DNA from: an uncultured delta proteobacterium
GTDB taxonomy: Bacteria > Desulfobacterota > Binatia > UBA9968
Direction: 5' to 3'
NCBI GenBank assembly: GCA_963760795.1
Contig: CAVXEP010000031.1
Location: forward strand, 1 to 64,000
Length of the DNA stretch: 64,000 bases
Position 1 is the stretch's first letter. Each line of letters starts with the position of its first letter. Under the pieces are notes generated by a model. The model made no database searches. It saw only the letters and a program-made list of their open reading frames with translations, and was not told where the DNA came from. Shown here in pieces: positions 9,112-19,298 of this stretch. Position numbers and translations under genes: made by a program.

Positions 9112-10560
9112 TCAGGCCAGTTCTTTATGCCATTTCTCGGTGATCTTTTGTTTGAGCTCGGCGCTGAGCGCGTTGACCGGCGGAAAACGATCGCGCCAGG
9201 CGTAGGGGCGGCAGGCATTGAGAATCGCCCGGCTGTTGACGAAATTGCCGGCATCGCGCTGATCCGGGTGCATCGCCGGATCGAGCGGCGTGCTCCAGCA
9301 GCCGTCGATGATGCTGATGGCGGTCTTGGGATCGCAACGGGTCGACACCGCCCAGATCACATCTTTCATATCGGACGGATCGATGTCGTCGTCGACGACG
9401 ATGACGAAGCGGCCGTGATAGTTGCCGCCGCGTGAGGCGAGCGCCGCGAGTCCTGCCTGTTGCGCATGGCCGTGATAGCGCTGCTTCACCGAGACGATGA
9501 TAAAGGGCGCGCCGCCGGCGGCCGCCGAGCTGCCGATGGCGCACCAAACACCCTTGATATCCGGCACATCAGCCTTCTCCAAATAATTCCAGATCGCCGC
9601 GGCGCCGATGGGCACGCCGAAGGTGACGTAGGGCGGTTTCAGCGGCGGCGCGCCACAGAGGATCGGATCGTTGCGATAGTAGACTCTCTTGACCCGGATC
9701 ACCGGTTCCTTGGCCGCGCCATGGGCGTAGTAGCCGGGCCACTCGCCGAACGGACCTTCCATCTGCATCTGTTCTTGCGGCGGCGGCACCTCGCCTTCGA
9801 TGGCGATCTCGGCGTGGGCGGGAATTGGCAAGCCGGTGAGCTCGCCGCGAATCACGTCGAGCGGCGCGCCGCGCAGGCCGCCGTAATAATCGAACTCGGA
9901 CAAGCCGTAGGGCATTGATTGACCGGCGACTAAAAACAATAGCGGATCTTGACCGAAGGTGACGACGACGGGACAGCTCTTGCCCTGCTCCCAATATTTC
10001 TCGCGCATGATGCGCGCGTGATGGCCAGGCGAGACATAGAGGCCGAGGGTGTTCTTGTCGTGGATCTGCACGCGATAGATGCCGACGTTGACCCAGCCGC
10101 CTTCTTCGGGCTCGCCGGTGATGACGCAATCGGCGGTGCCGATATAGCGCCCGCCGTCGAGCTCATGCCAGTGCGGTGTGGGGAAAATCGTCATGTCAAC
10201 GTCGGCGCCGGTTTTGACGTTTTCTAGAATCGGTCCATTCGCGACCACGCGCGGCGGCACCGGTTTCACACCCTTGAGCAGCTCTTTCCATTTGGCGATG
10301 AGTTCGATGGGTCTGGCATTCGGCGGCATGCCGACCGTGAGACTCGAGCGCGAGGGTGTGTTGATTAAGTTCGAAGCGACGCGAAAGTTCGGCGCATAGC
10401 CGGGCACTTGATCGAAAAGCACCAGGGGCGACGGTTCTTTGAAAGCGAACAACTCGGTGAGCGCACCGATCTCCAATTCCCAATGGGCGCCGTGAATATC
10501 CTTAACCTCGCCGAGCTTGCGCGTAGCGTCGATAAATTCCCGTAGATCGTTGATCGGCAT
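9112..10560 (-). CDS. UbiD family prFMN-dependent decarboxylase
   Basis: DLREFI, DGGRYIGT, NVGIYR, EGPFGEWPGYY, VDDDIDP, LDP motifs. Confidence 0.93.
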   Translation of the reverse strand: MPINDLREFIDATRKLGEVKDIHGAHWELEIGALTELFAFKEPSPLVLFDQVPGYAPNFRVASNLINTPSRSSLTVGMPPNARPIELIAKWKELLKGVKPVPPRVVANGPILENVKTGADVDMTIFPTPHWHELDGGRYIGTADCVITGEPEEGGWVNVGIYRVQIHDKNTLGLYVSPGHHARIMREKYWEQGKSCPVVVTFGQDPLLFLVAGQSMPYGLSEFDYYGGLRGAPLDVIRGELTGLPIPAHAEIAIEGEVPPPQEQMQMEGPFGEWPGYYAHGAAKEPVIRVKRVYYRNDPILCGAPPLKPPYVTFGVPIGAAAIWNYLEKADVPDIKGVWCAIGSSAAAGGAPFIIVSVKQRYHGHAQQAGLAALASRGGNYHGRFVIVVDDDIDPSDMKDVIWAVSTRCDPKTAISIIDGCWSTPLDPAMHPDQRDAGNFVNSRAILNACRPYAWRDRFPPVNALSAELKQKITEKWHKELA

Positions 10561-10586
10561 GGGTATGCTTTCGTGGGAAGGTTATT

Positions 10587-10666
10587 TCGCCACGAAGGCA
10601 CGAAGGACACGAAGGTTTCGGAAAACTATTCTTCCGAACTTCGTGCTCTTCGTGCCTTCGTGGTGA
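10587..10666. repeat. Intergenic inverted array of CACGAAGG-type units
   Basis: cgccacgaaggcacgaaggacacgaaggtttcggaa ... ttccgaacttcgtgctcttcgtgccttcgtggtg. Confidence 0.85.
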
Positions 10667-10678
10667 GAGCGTATTCTC

Positions 10679-11473
10679 TTAAAAGTGTCCTAACTCCTGC
10701 GCATGTTTATAGATACCGTCGTGGAACATGGCGACGCATTCGGCGTTGGTCAGGCAGCAATACTCGGGGCCCCAGCCGGGGCGGTACCAAGTGTTGCCGT
10801 CCTGCAGCAAGCGCTCGAAGATCTGCCGGGCCACTTCGCCGTGGGCCATCAGGCCGTCCAAATGCTCGTGCAGGTCGGCTTCCTCGTGCACCGCAAAATA
10901 ATACAGGTCGGCTTCTTTCACGTGATATTTGCCGAGCAGCGCTTCGCGCCAGCGCTTGGCCCAATGGCCGAACATTTCTTCATTTAACGACCGCGCCCAC
11001 CACTCGATCATGCTGCCTTCATAAACCAGGCCGCGGGCGAACTCAGTCAAGGCTCGGCATTCGGCATAGACTTGGCAGTTGATCATTTCGTCGAGGGACA
11101 CGCCGAATTGTTCTCCCTGTTTGATCAGCACTTCGATATGGCCGGGAATTTTCGGGTTGACCAATTCGTCACTGATCTTGCCGACGTAGGGCGCGAGCAA
11201 GTCACGATGACGCGCGAAGATGCCCTGGTGGCGCTGGTAGATGATCAAGTGAAAATTGTTGACTTCCACCGGGTAGCTGTACCAATTGCGCCAGAACAGC
11301 TTCAGGGTCTCGAAGGGCAGCTTGCCGGCTTCGAGATCGCGCATGAAGGCGCCGCCGAAAATTTTCTCATCCCACAGCGCGTACATGCGCTGTTTGATCG
11401 CGTCGGTGAAAGCTTTCGCCTCGCTGGGCGAAAGCTTTTTGCCGATTTCCAATGGCAGAGGTTGCTGTTCCAT
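10679..11473 (-). CDS. Heme-oxygenase-like diiron (TenA/PqqC/CADD superfamily) protein
   Basis: FMRDLEAGKLP, DE-x-GH, NEE and HEEADLHEH metal-ligand pattern; likely start MEQQ at 11473. Confidence 0.75.
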   Translation of the reverse strand: MEQQPLPLEIGKKLSPSEAKAFTDAIKQRMYALWDEKIFGGAFMRDLEAGKLPFETLKLFWRNWYSYPVEVNNFHLIIYQRHQGIFARHRDLLAPYVGKISDELVNPKIPGHIEVLIKQGEQFGVSLDEMINCQVYAECRALTEFARGLVYEGSMIEWWARSLNEEMFGHWAKRWREALLGKYHVKEADLYYFAVHEEADLHEHLDGLMAHGEVARQIFERLLQDGNTWYRPGWGPEYCCLTNAECVAMFHDGIYKHAQELGHF

Positions 11474-11504
11474 GATTGTCCTAGTCCCGACTCCTTGGTC
11501 TATA

Positions 11505-11626
11505 AAATCCCCCTCAGTCCCCCTTTTCAAAGGGGGTAGTAGATTGCCGCTTCCTTCGCAGGCAATTCGCGTTGCTGCAATACGCTTCCGAAACCCCTCT
11601 TTGTCAAAGAGGGGCCGGCAAGATTT
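11505..11626. repeat. Paired CCCCTTT..AAAGGGG palindromic repeat
   Basis: aaatccccctcagtcccccttttcaaaggggg and cccctctttgtcaaagagggg...agattt; same class as 59886..59978. Confidence 0.75.
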
Positions 11627-12542
11627 ATCCCTTGAAACCGGCTTTCTCCAAGCCTTCTTTCAACTCTGCCCGGTCTTTGTCCGTAAATGGCGGGGTTTCC
11701 CAACGCGGGAAACGTTCCACCGGCAGACCTCTCAAGTTCATTAGCTCGCAGAAGACACCGCGGCCATGACTGCGGAGATATTTGCCGACCACCTGCATGA
11801 GCCGGGTCAATAGATCATGCTCCGTACGCGCGGCCTTAAGATCGTCGACTTTGAGCGCTTCGTACATTTTCACGCAGGCTTCGGGAAACGGTGTCGACGG
11901 CGGATGAATCGCGCCGCGCACGCCGACCGAATAGCCGGTATAGAGAGAAAAAATCCCGCCGGGAAAGACTCCGGTGGTCTTCGGCAATTGATAGACGTAG
12001 CCGAGCAGTTTGTCGTAGGCGATGAACGAAACTTTGATGCCGGCCAATGGATTGGGCGCGATGGCTTCGATGATTTTGTTGGCCTTGGGCGGGGTGATTT
12101 CGACCCAGGTAGTTTCTGTGTTGTCGTAGATAAACATCGGCGTGCCCGGAACTGACCGGGCGATCGCCTTGTAGTGGGCGTAAACTTCCCAGTCGTCATG
12201 AGGATAGTAGTAGGGCGGCACGACGCCGACGGCGTCGACGCCTAAGCCTACGGCATGCTTGGCCAGCTCGATGGAGGAGAGCGTGTTGGCCGTGCCGATA
12301 TGCATGACCACGGGCACGCGCCCTCTGACCCGGTTGACGATCTGCTCGGCGACTTTCTTGCGCTCGTCGATCTCCATGACCATGCCCTGGCCATGGGTGC
12401 CCAGGGGAAAAAATCCATGCACGCCGGCATCCATGTAGAAGTCGATGATCGCATCGGTCGCTTTGTGGTCGATGGCGCCGTCATGCTTGAACGCCACCGG
12501 CATAGGCATCAATATGCCTTCGATTTGTCTATTGCTCGCCAT
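11625..12542 (-). CDS. Dihydrodipicolinate synthase/N-acetylneuraminate lyase family aldolase
   Basis: GTHGQG (GxxGE-like), VVPPYYY, IYD, GIK Schiff-base lysine. Confidence 0.88.
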   Translation of the reverse strand: MASNRQIEGILMPMPVAFKHDGAIDHKATDAIIDFYMDAGVHGFFPLGTHGQGMVMEIDERKKVAEQIVNRVRGRVPVVMHIGTANTLSSIELAKHAVGLGVDAVGVVPPYYYPHDDWEVYAHYKAIARSVPGTPMFIYDNTETTWVEITPPKANKIIEAIAPNPLAGIKVSFIAYDKLLGYVYQLPKTTGVFPGGIFSLYTGYSVGVRGAIHPPSTPFPEACVKMYEALKVDDLKAARTEHDLLTRLMQVVGKYLRSHGRGVFCELMNLRGLPVERFPRWETPPFTDKDRAELKEGLEKAGFKG

Positions 12543-12700
12543 AAATGCTCCTTTCGCTGCGCTTAAAACATATTACTTATGGCTAACCCATAGCGCACCC
12601 TCCGCGAGATTTCCACTGAATCGAGCGGCGCAAAGCGCCAGGGGTGTAAGTCGGTCACGGGAAATGTTAGTGTCGCAAAACATTTCTTTGGGAGGCAATC

Positions 12701-13213
12701 ATGGCTGATAAAAATCCTGTGGTACTGATGTCAACGAGCATGGGCGATATCCGCATCGAACTGGACGCGGCGAACGCGCCGATCACGACCAAGAACTTCG
12801 TCGATTATGTTAACGCCGGCCATTACGACGGACTGATCTTTCATCGAGTCATTCCCGGCTTCATGATCCAAGGCGGCGGCATGGACGCGGCGATGAACGA
12901 AAAATCGAACAAAGCGCCGATCAAAAACGAGGCGGCCAACGGCCTAAAAAACGATTTTGGCACACTCGCCATGGCGCGCACCAACGTCGTCGACAGCGCC
13001 ACGTCGCAGTTTTTCATCAACGTCAAGAATAACGACTTTTTGAATCACCGCAGCACCGCCCCCGCCGAGTTCGGCTATGCCGTCTTCGGCAAGGTTATCG
13101 AAGGGATCGATGTGGTTCGTAACATCGAAAAGGTGCCGACCGGCAACCATGGCCATCACCAAGATGTGCCGAAGCAGCCGGTGACCATCAATTCGGCCAA
13201 GTTAGAGGCCTGA
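12701..13213 (+). CDS. ppiB: Cyclophilin-type peptidyl-prolyl cis-trans isomerase
   Basis: [36 protein letters not shown]; no signal peptide. Confidence 0.93.
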   Translation: MADKNPVVLMSTSMGDIRIELDAANAPITTKNFVDYVNAGHYDGLIFHRVIPGFMIQGGGMDAAMNEKSNKAPIKNEAANGLKNDFGTLAMARTNVVDSATSQFFINVKNNDFLNHRSTAPAEFGYAVFGKVIEGIDVVRNIEKVPTGNHGHHQDVPKQPVTINSAKLEA

Positions 13214-13257
13214 GCCTATTTACCGCGGTGGAGTGATGGAATATTGGAGATACGCTG

Positions 13258-14013
13258 CTAGGAAGTCCAAACTTTTTTCGGATCGTACTTCCTGACTGCG
13301 GCGAGTTCGTCTCGGCTCGGCGCCGCGGTTTCGTGAAGCTCGCTTGCAAGGCGCACCGGCCAGCCGGTTTCTTCGCGAATCTGCTCGACGGAAACCCCTG
13401 GGTGATATGAATCAAGGATCATCTCGCGGGTCTCCGCTGCGAAAGACCAAATTCCTAAGGTGGTAATCGCGTGACTGGGTCCGCCGCCGCTCAGACCATG
13501 ACGCGAGCGCCAATCGCCGCCGGCGCCGAAACCCGGCGAGGTGATGTATTGAACCTTGTCGACAAAGCGGCGTTTTTGGTGATTCATGATAATGATGGTG
13601 CGTTTAGCCATCGTCGCGATGTCGGCAGCGCCGCCGCTGCCTGGCAATCGTGTGCGCTTGCCGTTGTCTTCGACCCAATGAGTGTTCAAATTACCGAAGC
13701 GGTCGATCTCGGCGCCGCCGATGAAGCCGAGATCGACCCGGCCGCTCTGTAATAAATACATCACGTCGTTCAAGCCGCCGCAGGACAGTGCGCCGGCGAT
13801 ATTGGGCGGATCGCTCATCGTGAAGATCGATTCCAGCGCCGGCCAATCGCGAATCACGCCGTTCTCGAAAATCCCGAGGGCGTTGGGCGCGTGAGTTTCT
13901 TTCGCCACGGCAAAGCCCAGCAGCGGCAAACGCATGCCGACAAAAACTCTGTCGCCGTCGCAGATCTGCCGCGCCGCGGCGGCGACCATAAGTTCACGCG
14001 GGGTATAATTCAT
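13258..14013 (-). CDS. gctB: CoA-transferase subunit B (glutaconate CoA-transferase type)
   Basis: FENG catalytic Glu, GAEIDRFGNLN, LPGSGGAAD, ITSPG. Confidence 0.85.
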   Translation of the reverse strand: MNYTPRELMVAAAARQICDGDRVFVGMRLPLLGFAVAKETHAPNALGIFENGVIRDWPALESIFTMSDPPNIAGALSCGGLNDVMYLLQSGRVDLGFIGGAEIDRFGNLNTHWVEDNGKRTRLPGSGGAADIATMAKRTIIIMNHQKRRFVDKVQYITSPGFGAGGDWRSRHGLSGGGPSHAITTLGIWSFAAETREMILDSYHPGVSVEQIREETGWPVRLASELHETAAPSRDELAAVRKYDPKKVWTS

Positions 14014-14080
14014 GGCTTGTCGTCCAGCGCCGAGGGGTTGCCCCGGCTTGATTGGGCTAGCCGCGAGACTCTAACGATTC

Positions 14081-14515
14081 CTACGCCTTATTGAACGCGT
14101 CGATTCCCGCCTGGACAATTTGCCGGTCCACCGCGGCGGGAGCACCGCTAAAGCCGACGCCGCCGATGCACTGGCCGTCGACGGTGATCGGTAGACCGCC
14201 TTCGATACTGATGAAATAACCAGGTCCAACGGCGAGGGTTTGCGCCAACACTTGGTGATCGGGGATTTCGCTGCCGTCGCGACCGGTCTTACCGGTGGCC
14301 GCCGTGGTCAGTGCGGCGCAGCGCGCTTTCGCCTGGGCGATTAGCGTGTTGTGGGTGCGGCCATTGGTCATGCGCTTGAACGCCATCAGATGGGCGCCGG
14401 CATCGACGACGCAGATGCTGCCGATCTGTTTGAGCTCCTGAGCTTTTTCGATGGCGGCGTTGACAATAATGTCGCAGCCTTCCTGGGATAATTTCGCAGT
14501 CGGTACGGTTTTCAT
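14081..14515 (-). CDS. GlcG/HbpS family heme-binding protein
   Basis: ICVVDAGAHL, IAQAKA, GGLPITVDGQCIGGVGFSG...D motifs. Confidence 0.85.
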   Translation of the reverse strand: MKTVPTAKLSQEGCDIIVNAAIEKAQELKQIGSICVVDAGAHLMAFKRMTNGRTHNTLIAQAKARCAALTTAATGKTGRDGSEIPDHQVLAQTLAVGPGYFISIEGGLPITVDGQCIGGVGFSGAPAAVDRQIVQAGIDAFNKA

Positions 14516-14544
14516 GACTTGCCTCCTAAAAATTGATTCTTGGA

Positions 14545-15465
14545 CTAGTAATTGAAGCGGACCGCCGGCGCAAATAGTTCGCCCTGCGGTTTGAGACTCT
14601 CCCGCCGTTCTCGACTCAACAGGTCAAGAAACTCCCTGTGGGTTTTTACGCCGTAGACATATTTGTCTAGCCAACTTGTGAAACCCTCGGTGCTCCGAGT
14701 CGCGCTGTGATACTCGAAATAGAAATTATCATCGCGTCTGGCGTAACCTTGGACCGGTGACGGATAGGAACCGTTGGGTTCATGGACGACGCTGCTGACG
14801 GTAAAGCCGGGAATGAGCGTGCGATTGGGATCGCCCAGGATCACTTGATGATCGACCAGCTCTTCACAGGTCAGGATGACCTTGCCGGCGGCCATTGCGG
14901 CCTCGCGGATGACGCCGTAGTTGCCCCAAAGATGAGCGTTGCCTTGATTGTCGGCCCGTTGCACATGAACTATTGCGAGGTCGGGTCGAATCGCGCGCAC
15001 GGCGATGAGCTCTTCGCCGGTAAATGGACAGTGCACGCGCGCGAAATGGGGTTCGTTAGCGATATCGCTGCCCTTGATCGATCGTGTCGGTAGGAAGGGC
15101 AGGCCCATCGCAGCAGCCTGGAGCGCCAGGCCGATGGTAAAATTGGAGTGCTCTTCAATTTCCAGTGGGACTGGGTGTCCATGCTCGGCCGCGCGGCGAA
15201 AATTGTGGCCGAGGCCGGCGGCGACATTGCCCACCCAGGACGCTTGGATTTTCCTGACACACCCCGCGCCGATAAGTTGATCGAATTGAACGTCCGAAAT
15301 CGGCCCGATCAAAGTTAAATCCTTGCGCCCCTGACGGATGATTTCATGGCTCGCGGCAAAGGGGATCAGCGATTCCAAACCGCAACCCATTGCGATCGAC
15401 ATGCCGTCACGAACATGGGTGGCAATGGCCGCTTCCAGGCTCTGAACTTTTGACATCGCCGACAT
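14545..15465 (-). CDS. gctA: CoA-transferase subunit A (glutaconate CoA-transferase type)
   Basis: VRDGMSIA, DQLIGAG, AAAMGLPFLP, HVQRADNQGN, PSPVQGY. Confidence 0.85.
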   Translation of the reverse strand: MSAMSKVQSLEAAIATHVRDGMSIAMGCGLESLIPFAASHEIIRQGRKDLTLIGPISDVQFDQLIGAGCVRKIQASWVGNVAAGLGHNFRRAAEHGHPVPLEIEEHSNFTIGLALQAAAMGLPFLPTRSIKGSDIANEPHFARVHCPFTGEELIAVRAIRPDLAIVHVQRADNQGNAHLWGNYGVIREAAMAAGKVILTCEELVDHQVILGDPNRTLIPGFTVSSVVHEPNGSYPSPVQGYARRDDNFYFEYHSATRSTEGFTSWLDKYVYGVKTHREFLDLLSRERRESLKPQGELFAPAVRFNY

Positions 15466-15536
15466 CTGTACCGCTTCACCGCTTAATCTTCAACGCGATT
15501 TGCTCACGCCGCCATGGAACTGAACGCAGGTTTCTA

Positions 15537-16517
15537 TCAGCGCAATTTCACCAACGTCTGGGCTTCCCGCAGTGGCGTGAAATCGACCACGTCGTTGACC
15601 CCAACGGATTTTGCCGCGCCGCCTTGGCGCGCCACTTCAAGTACACTTTCGATGCCGCGCGCTGAAGCTGTGCCGTCTTTGCTGTAAGCCGGCAGCGACT
15701 GGTCGTAGCCGGCTTCGGCGAGCTCGCGTTCCATCCTGAAGACTTTCTGGATCAAGCCAACGGCATCGCTACGTTGATTGCGCACGAATAACAACCCGCG
15801 CAGCATCGCCGTGAGCACGGCGACCACTTCGGCGCGGTTGGCGCGAATTTTCGCCACCGCAGTCGACAACCCTGCCAATGGAAAGTCCACGGTATCCGCG
15901 GCCGAGGCCAGCACATTCAGTCCGAGCTCCTTAGCTTGCACCGGCGCTGGCGGCCCGGCCAGAGTAGCGTGAATCGCGCCGGACTTTACCGCAGCCAAGC
16001 GCACCGGCAAATCGCCCGATGACACGATGGTAAACTCACTTGCGCTAACACCATAGTTCGCCAACATTCTTCGGGTAATGGTCACAGTGATACCGCCGAT
16101 GGAGCCGAGGCCTACCGTTTTGCCTTTGAGCTCGGCCATGGTGCGAATCTCCGGGCGTGTGATCATGTAGAGGCTGGGCCGCTCGATCATGCTGAAGATG
16201 CCGACAATAGGCGAACCCTGCTGCGCCGCCAGCGTAACCGCACTGCTAAATGAAGTATAATAGTCCACCGAACCGCCGAGTAATCCTGACAGACCGATGT
16301 TCGAGCGAATCTGCACGACCTCGACTTCTTTCCCCGCATCTTTAAAAAATCCTCTGGCTTGAGCGGCAAACAACGGGAAGTTATTCAAATCCCGGGCGGT
16401 ATAGCCGATGACAATTTTTTTCTCCTGGGCAAATGCGCAAGTGGCGCCCACAGTGAGCAGCCAGCCAAAGATTAGCAGCATTGCCAATGGCGAGTAGGAT
16501 TTTCGCAGGACAGTCAT
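15537..16517 (-). CDS. ABC substrate-binding protein, SsuA/NMT1 type
   Basis: Signal peptide, GFFKDAG, ELKGKTVG; start uncertain (16517 or 16565). Confidence 0.85.
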   Translation of the reverse strand: MTVLRKSYSPLAMLLIFGWLLTVGATCAFAQEKKIVIGYTARDLNNFPLFAAQARGFFKDAGKEVEVVQIRSNIGLSGLLGGSVDYYTSFSSAVTLAAQQGSPIVGIFSMIERPSLYMITRPEIRTMAELKGKTVGLGSIGGITVTITRRMLANYGVSASEFTIVSSGDLPVRLAAVKSGAIHATLAGPPAPVQAKELGLNVLASAADTVDFPLAGLSTAVAKIRANRAEVVAVLTAMLRGLLFVRNQRSDAVGLIQKVFRMERELAEAGYDQSLPAYSKDGTASARGIESVLEVARQGGAAKSVGVNDVVDFTPLREAQTLVKLR

Positions 16518-16610
16518 TCGACCACATCTCCTTGGTAGGTTAGGGCTACGAGTGATATAAAACACAAAACCCTTTGCATTGGTACGGTCTTTTGGGGCAC
16601 TTATAAGACC

Positions 16611-17366
16611 ATGACTTTGGTCACCGATAAGAGTTACGGCTGGCGCGGCCGGCTGGGCAATATCTCACCGACCGCCTGCACGGAAATATTTCCTTACGAG
16701 TTCTATCGCGTGGCGCCGGACGGCGTTACTTTGGTTTTGAGCAATTTAGTAATTCGCGACGCTCGCGAGTCGAGCCAGGTTGAAGCTTCTTGGGAGGGAT
16801 TCGCGGATGCCATCGCCGGCCTGCGCGCGACCCATGTCGATCACATTACCCTGGCCGGCGCACCCTTGGTATTGGCGAAAGGCGTGGAGCGCTACCGGGA
16901 ATTGCTGAGCTGGTTGCGCCAGCAATCGCCGGTGCCGGCCACCACCAGCCCGCAGGCGTTCGCCGACGGCTTGAAGCATCTCGGCGCGACTAAGCTCGCG
17001 GTGGCGACTTCTTTCATTCCGGCCCACAATCAATTGGTCAAGGAGTTTCTCAGCGCAGAAGGTTTCACTGTCCTCGCTGTCGAAGGACTCGATACCGGCA
17101 TGACCTCAATTGAAAAAGCCATGTTGTCGCCGCGCCAGGTGTTCGACCATGTGCGCAGCGTTGGACGGCGTAACCCTACAGCCGATGCCGTGCTGATCAC
17201 CTCGTCGGCTTGGCCGACGCTCGCGGTTATCCAGGCCTTGGAAGATGACCTTGGCAGACCGGTGGTGAGCAGTGCGACAGGGCAAATCTGGGCGCCATTT
17301 CGCGACCTCGGTATTAAGACGGAGATTCGCGGCTACGGCAAACTGCTGGGTACCTTAGCTCCCTAG
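16611..17366 (+). CDS. Maleate isomerase/arylmalonate decarboxylase family protein
   Basis: YGWRGRLG, APDGV, IQALEDDLGRPVVSS, GYGKLL. Confidence 0.85.
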   Translation: MTLVTDKSYGWRGRLGNISPTACTEIFPYEFYRVAPDGVTLVLSNLVIRDARESSQVEASWEGFADAIAGLRATHVDHITLAGAPLVLAKGVERYRELLSWLRQQSPVPATTSPQAFADGLKHLGATKLAVATSFIPAHNQLVKEFLSAEGFTVLAVEGLDTGMTSIEKAMLSPRQVFDHVRSVGRRNPTADAVLITSSAWPTLAVIQALEDDLGRPVVSSATGQIWAPFRDLGIKTEIRGYGKLLGTLAP

Positions 17367-17375
17367 GAGAGGGAA

Positions 17376-18380
17376 ATGAAACTGATTTTGCGGATGGCTA
17401 TCCTGATGATCACGGTTCTCGCCTTGCAACGGCACGCGAGCGAGGCGGGGCAGGCCAAGGCATTGATCAAAGTCGTCGCCGGCTATGGCTCCACCGACGG
17501 CGCCATCGCGCCCTTGTGGTTTGCCAAGGAGACCAGGTTATTTGAAAAGCGCGGCTTGGATGTGGTGTTGGTCGGTATGGGCACCGGGGCGGTTTCGTTG
17601 CGCGCGCTGATCGCCAAAGATTTAGAAATCGCTTCGCTGTCCGGTTCCGGGTTGGTTCAAGCGGCCTTGCAGGGCGCGGACACAGTGATTCTCTCGGCCG
17701 CTCTCAATGGGTTTGTTTTCAAGGTATTCGGCGCGCCGGAAATGACTAACCCGGCGCAACTCAAGGGCAAGAAATTAGGCGTCAGCCGCTACGGGGCGAC
17801 GTCCGACTTCGCTATTCGACTGGCGCTCAAGAAATGGGGGCTCAATCCCGAGCGTGACGTGAGCATCCTGCAGATCGGCACGACCCAGGACACGGTCCGT
17901 GCCATGCAAACGAAAATGATCGATGCCGGTGTGCTGAGCGGCACGGCGTCGCTGGTCGCGCGCAAAGCCGGTTTTCGCGAGTTGGGCGATCTGGCCGAGT
18001 TAGGCTTGCACTACCCGATGGCGCCGATTGGCACGACCAAAGCGTATTTGTTAAAAAACGAAGCGGTGGTGAAAGAGTTCATGCTCGCCTACATCGAGGC
18101 GATCCATGATTTCAAGCGCAATAAAGAAACCGCGTTGGCGGTGCTGAAAAAATACAGCCGCAATGACGACCGCGAAATTTTGGAAGATAGCTACAATAAC
18201 TACGCGAATAAATATTTGCCCCTGCCGATGCCGACTTCCGACGGTATTAAGACTATTCTGGCAGAACTCGGCAGCACAATGCCCGCAGCCAAAAACGCCG
18301 ATCCTGAGCAGTTCGTGGCTAATAAAATCGCGCGTGAGATCGAGGCGAGCGGGTTTGTTAAGAAGCTCTACGAAAAGTAG
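17376..18380 (+). CDS. ABC substrate-binding protein, SsuA/NMT1 type
   Basis: Signal peptide, FEKRGLDV, LKGKKLGVSRYG, ADPEQFV...SGFVKKLY. Confidence 0.9.
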   Translation: MKLILRMAILMITVLALQRHASEAGQAKALIKVVAGYGSTDGAIAPLWFAKETRLFEKRGLDVVLVGMGTGAVSLRALIAKDLEIASLSGSGLVQAALQGADTVILSAALNGFVFKVFGAPEMTNPAQLKGKKLGVSRYGATSDFAIRLALKKWGLNPERDVSILQIGTTQDTVRAMQTKMIDAGVLSGTASLVARKAGFRELGDLAELGLHYPMAPIGTTKAYLLKNEAVVKEFMLAYIEAIHDFKRNKETALAVLKKYSRNDDREILEDSYNNYANKYLPLPMPTSDGIKTILAELGSTMPAAKNADPEQFVANKIAREIEASGFVKKLYEK

Positions 18381-18538
18381 GGCAGCCGCGATTATCCCAA
18401 ATCTACGGCGGAAGCTCAGCCAAGATCTGCAACGCAATTCATGAGGATTGGCGATTTTTTATCTGGACACGAACCTATCTAGGAAGTATGTCTGTAGTGA
18501 GTTATAGACTTACAACAGACATTCACCGGAGGTTATTC

Positions 18539-19078
18539 ATGCGGAAACTGCCATGTGCATTGGCTATCGTTGCGTTTCTGTTCGCTGGCAGCGCCTGCAA
18601 AAAGACCACCAAGACCGAAATTACTGATCCCAAAGAGCTTATCGACGTTAGTCAGACTCACCCGTTCGTCATCGTTGACAACACGATGGTTCGCACCGGT
18701 CCTGGGACGCAGTTTCGAACCATCGCGGCAGTCAAGCGAGACTCGAAAGTCTCGGTGGTAGGCCGGGATGGTGATTGGCTCCTGATCGTCTCGAAACGCG
18801 GCAATCCGCCCGGCTACATCGAGATGACATCCGTCAGGGCCGGCACCGGGGAAGAACTAGACTATGCGTCGGCCATTGAAGGTCCCTATGAGCTGGTGAA
18901 GGACACCCAAGTGCGCAGCGGTCCCGGTTCTGATAGCCCGGTAGTCGCCGAGGTAAAAAAAGGCATGAAGATAGATGTGATTGGGGAAGAAAAGGGTTGG
19001 CTGAGAGTTCAATCCAAGTCGGGTAACCCGCCCGGCTATGTCGAAAAGAGCGCTGCCAAGCCGCTGCCAGCGAAGTAA
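18539..19078 (+). CDS. Lipoprotein with two bacterial SH3 domains
   Basis: Lipobox-like GSAC; two repeats VR(T/S)GPG...GxWL...GNPPGY. Confidence 0.85.
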   Translation: MRKLPCALAIVAFLFAGSACKKTTKTEITDPKELIDVSQTHPFVIVDNTMVRTGPGTQFRTIAAVKRDSKVSVVGRDGDWLLIVSKRGNPPGYIEMTSVRAGTGEELDYASAIEGPYELVKDTQVRSGPGSDSPVVAEVKKGMKIDVIGEEKGWLRVQSKSGNPPGYVEKSAAKPLPAK

Positions 19079-19298
19079 CGGGTTTTAAAATTTACATTAC
19101 AAACAGCTCTACCGTGAAGCATTGCTTTCGATAAACGGGCCGGCCCACAGCGAGTCGCGGTTATCACGACATATTGAGGTGAATTTACCCCGAGAGTTCG
19201 CACGGGGTGACCCTCGGGTTTTCCTGGATTCCGGAACGGATAAATCAATGAAATATTGAGCCCTATGAAAAATCGAGCGTCGTCGGTAAACCGAGCCT

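Noticed and set aside
19080-19298. Possible ncRNA between convergent genes
   Set aside because: Only short, partly overlapping hairpins; no family signature recognised.
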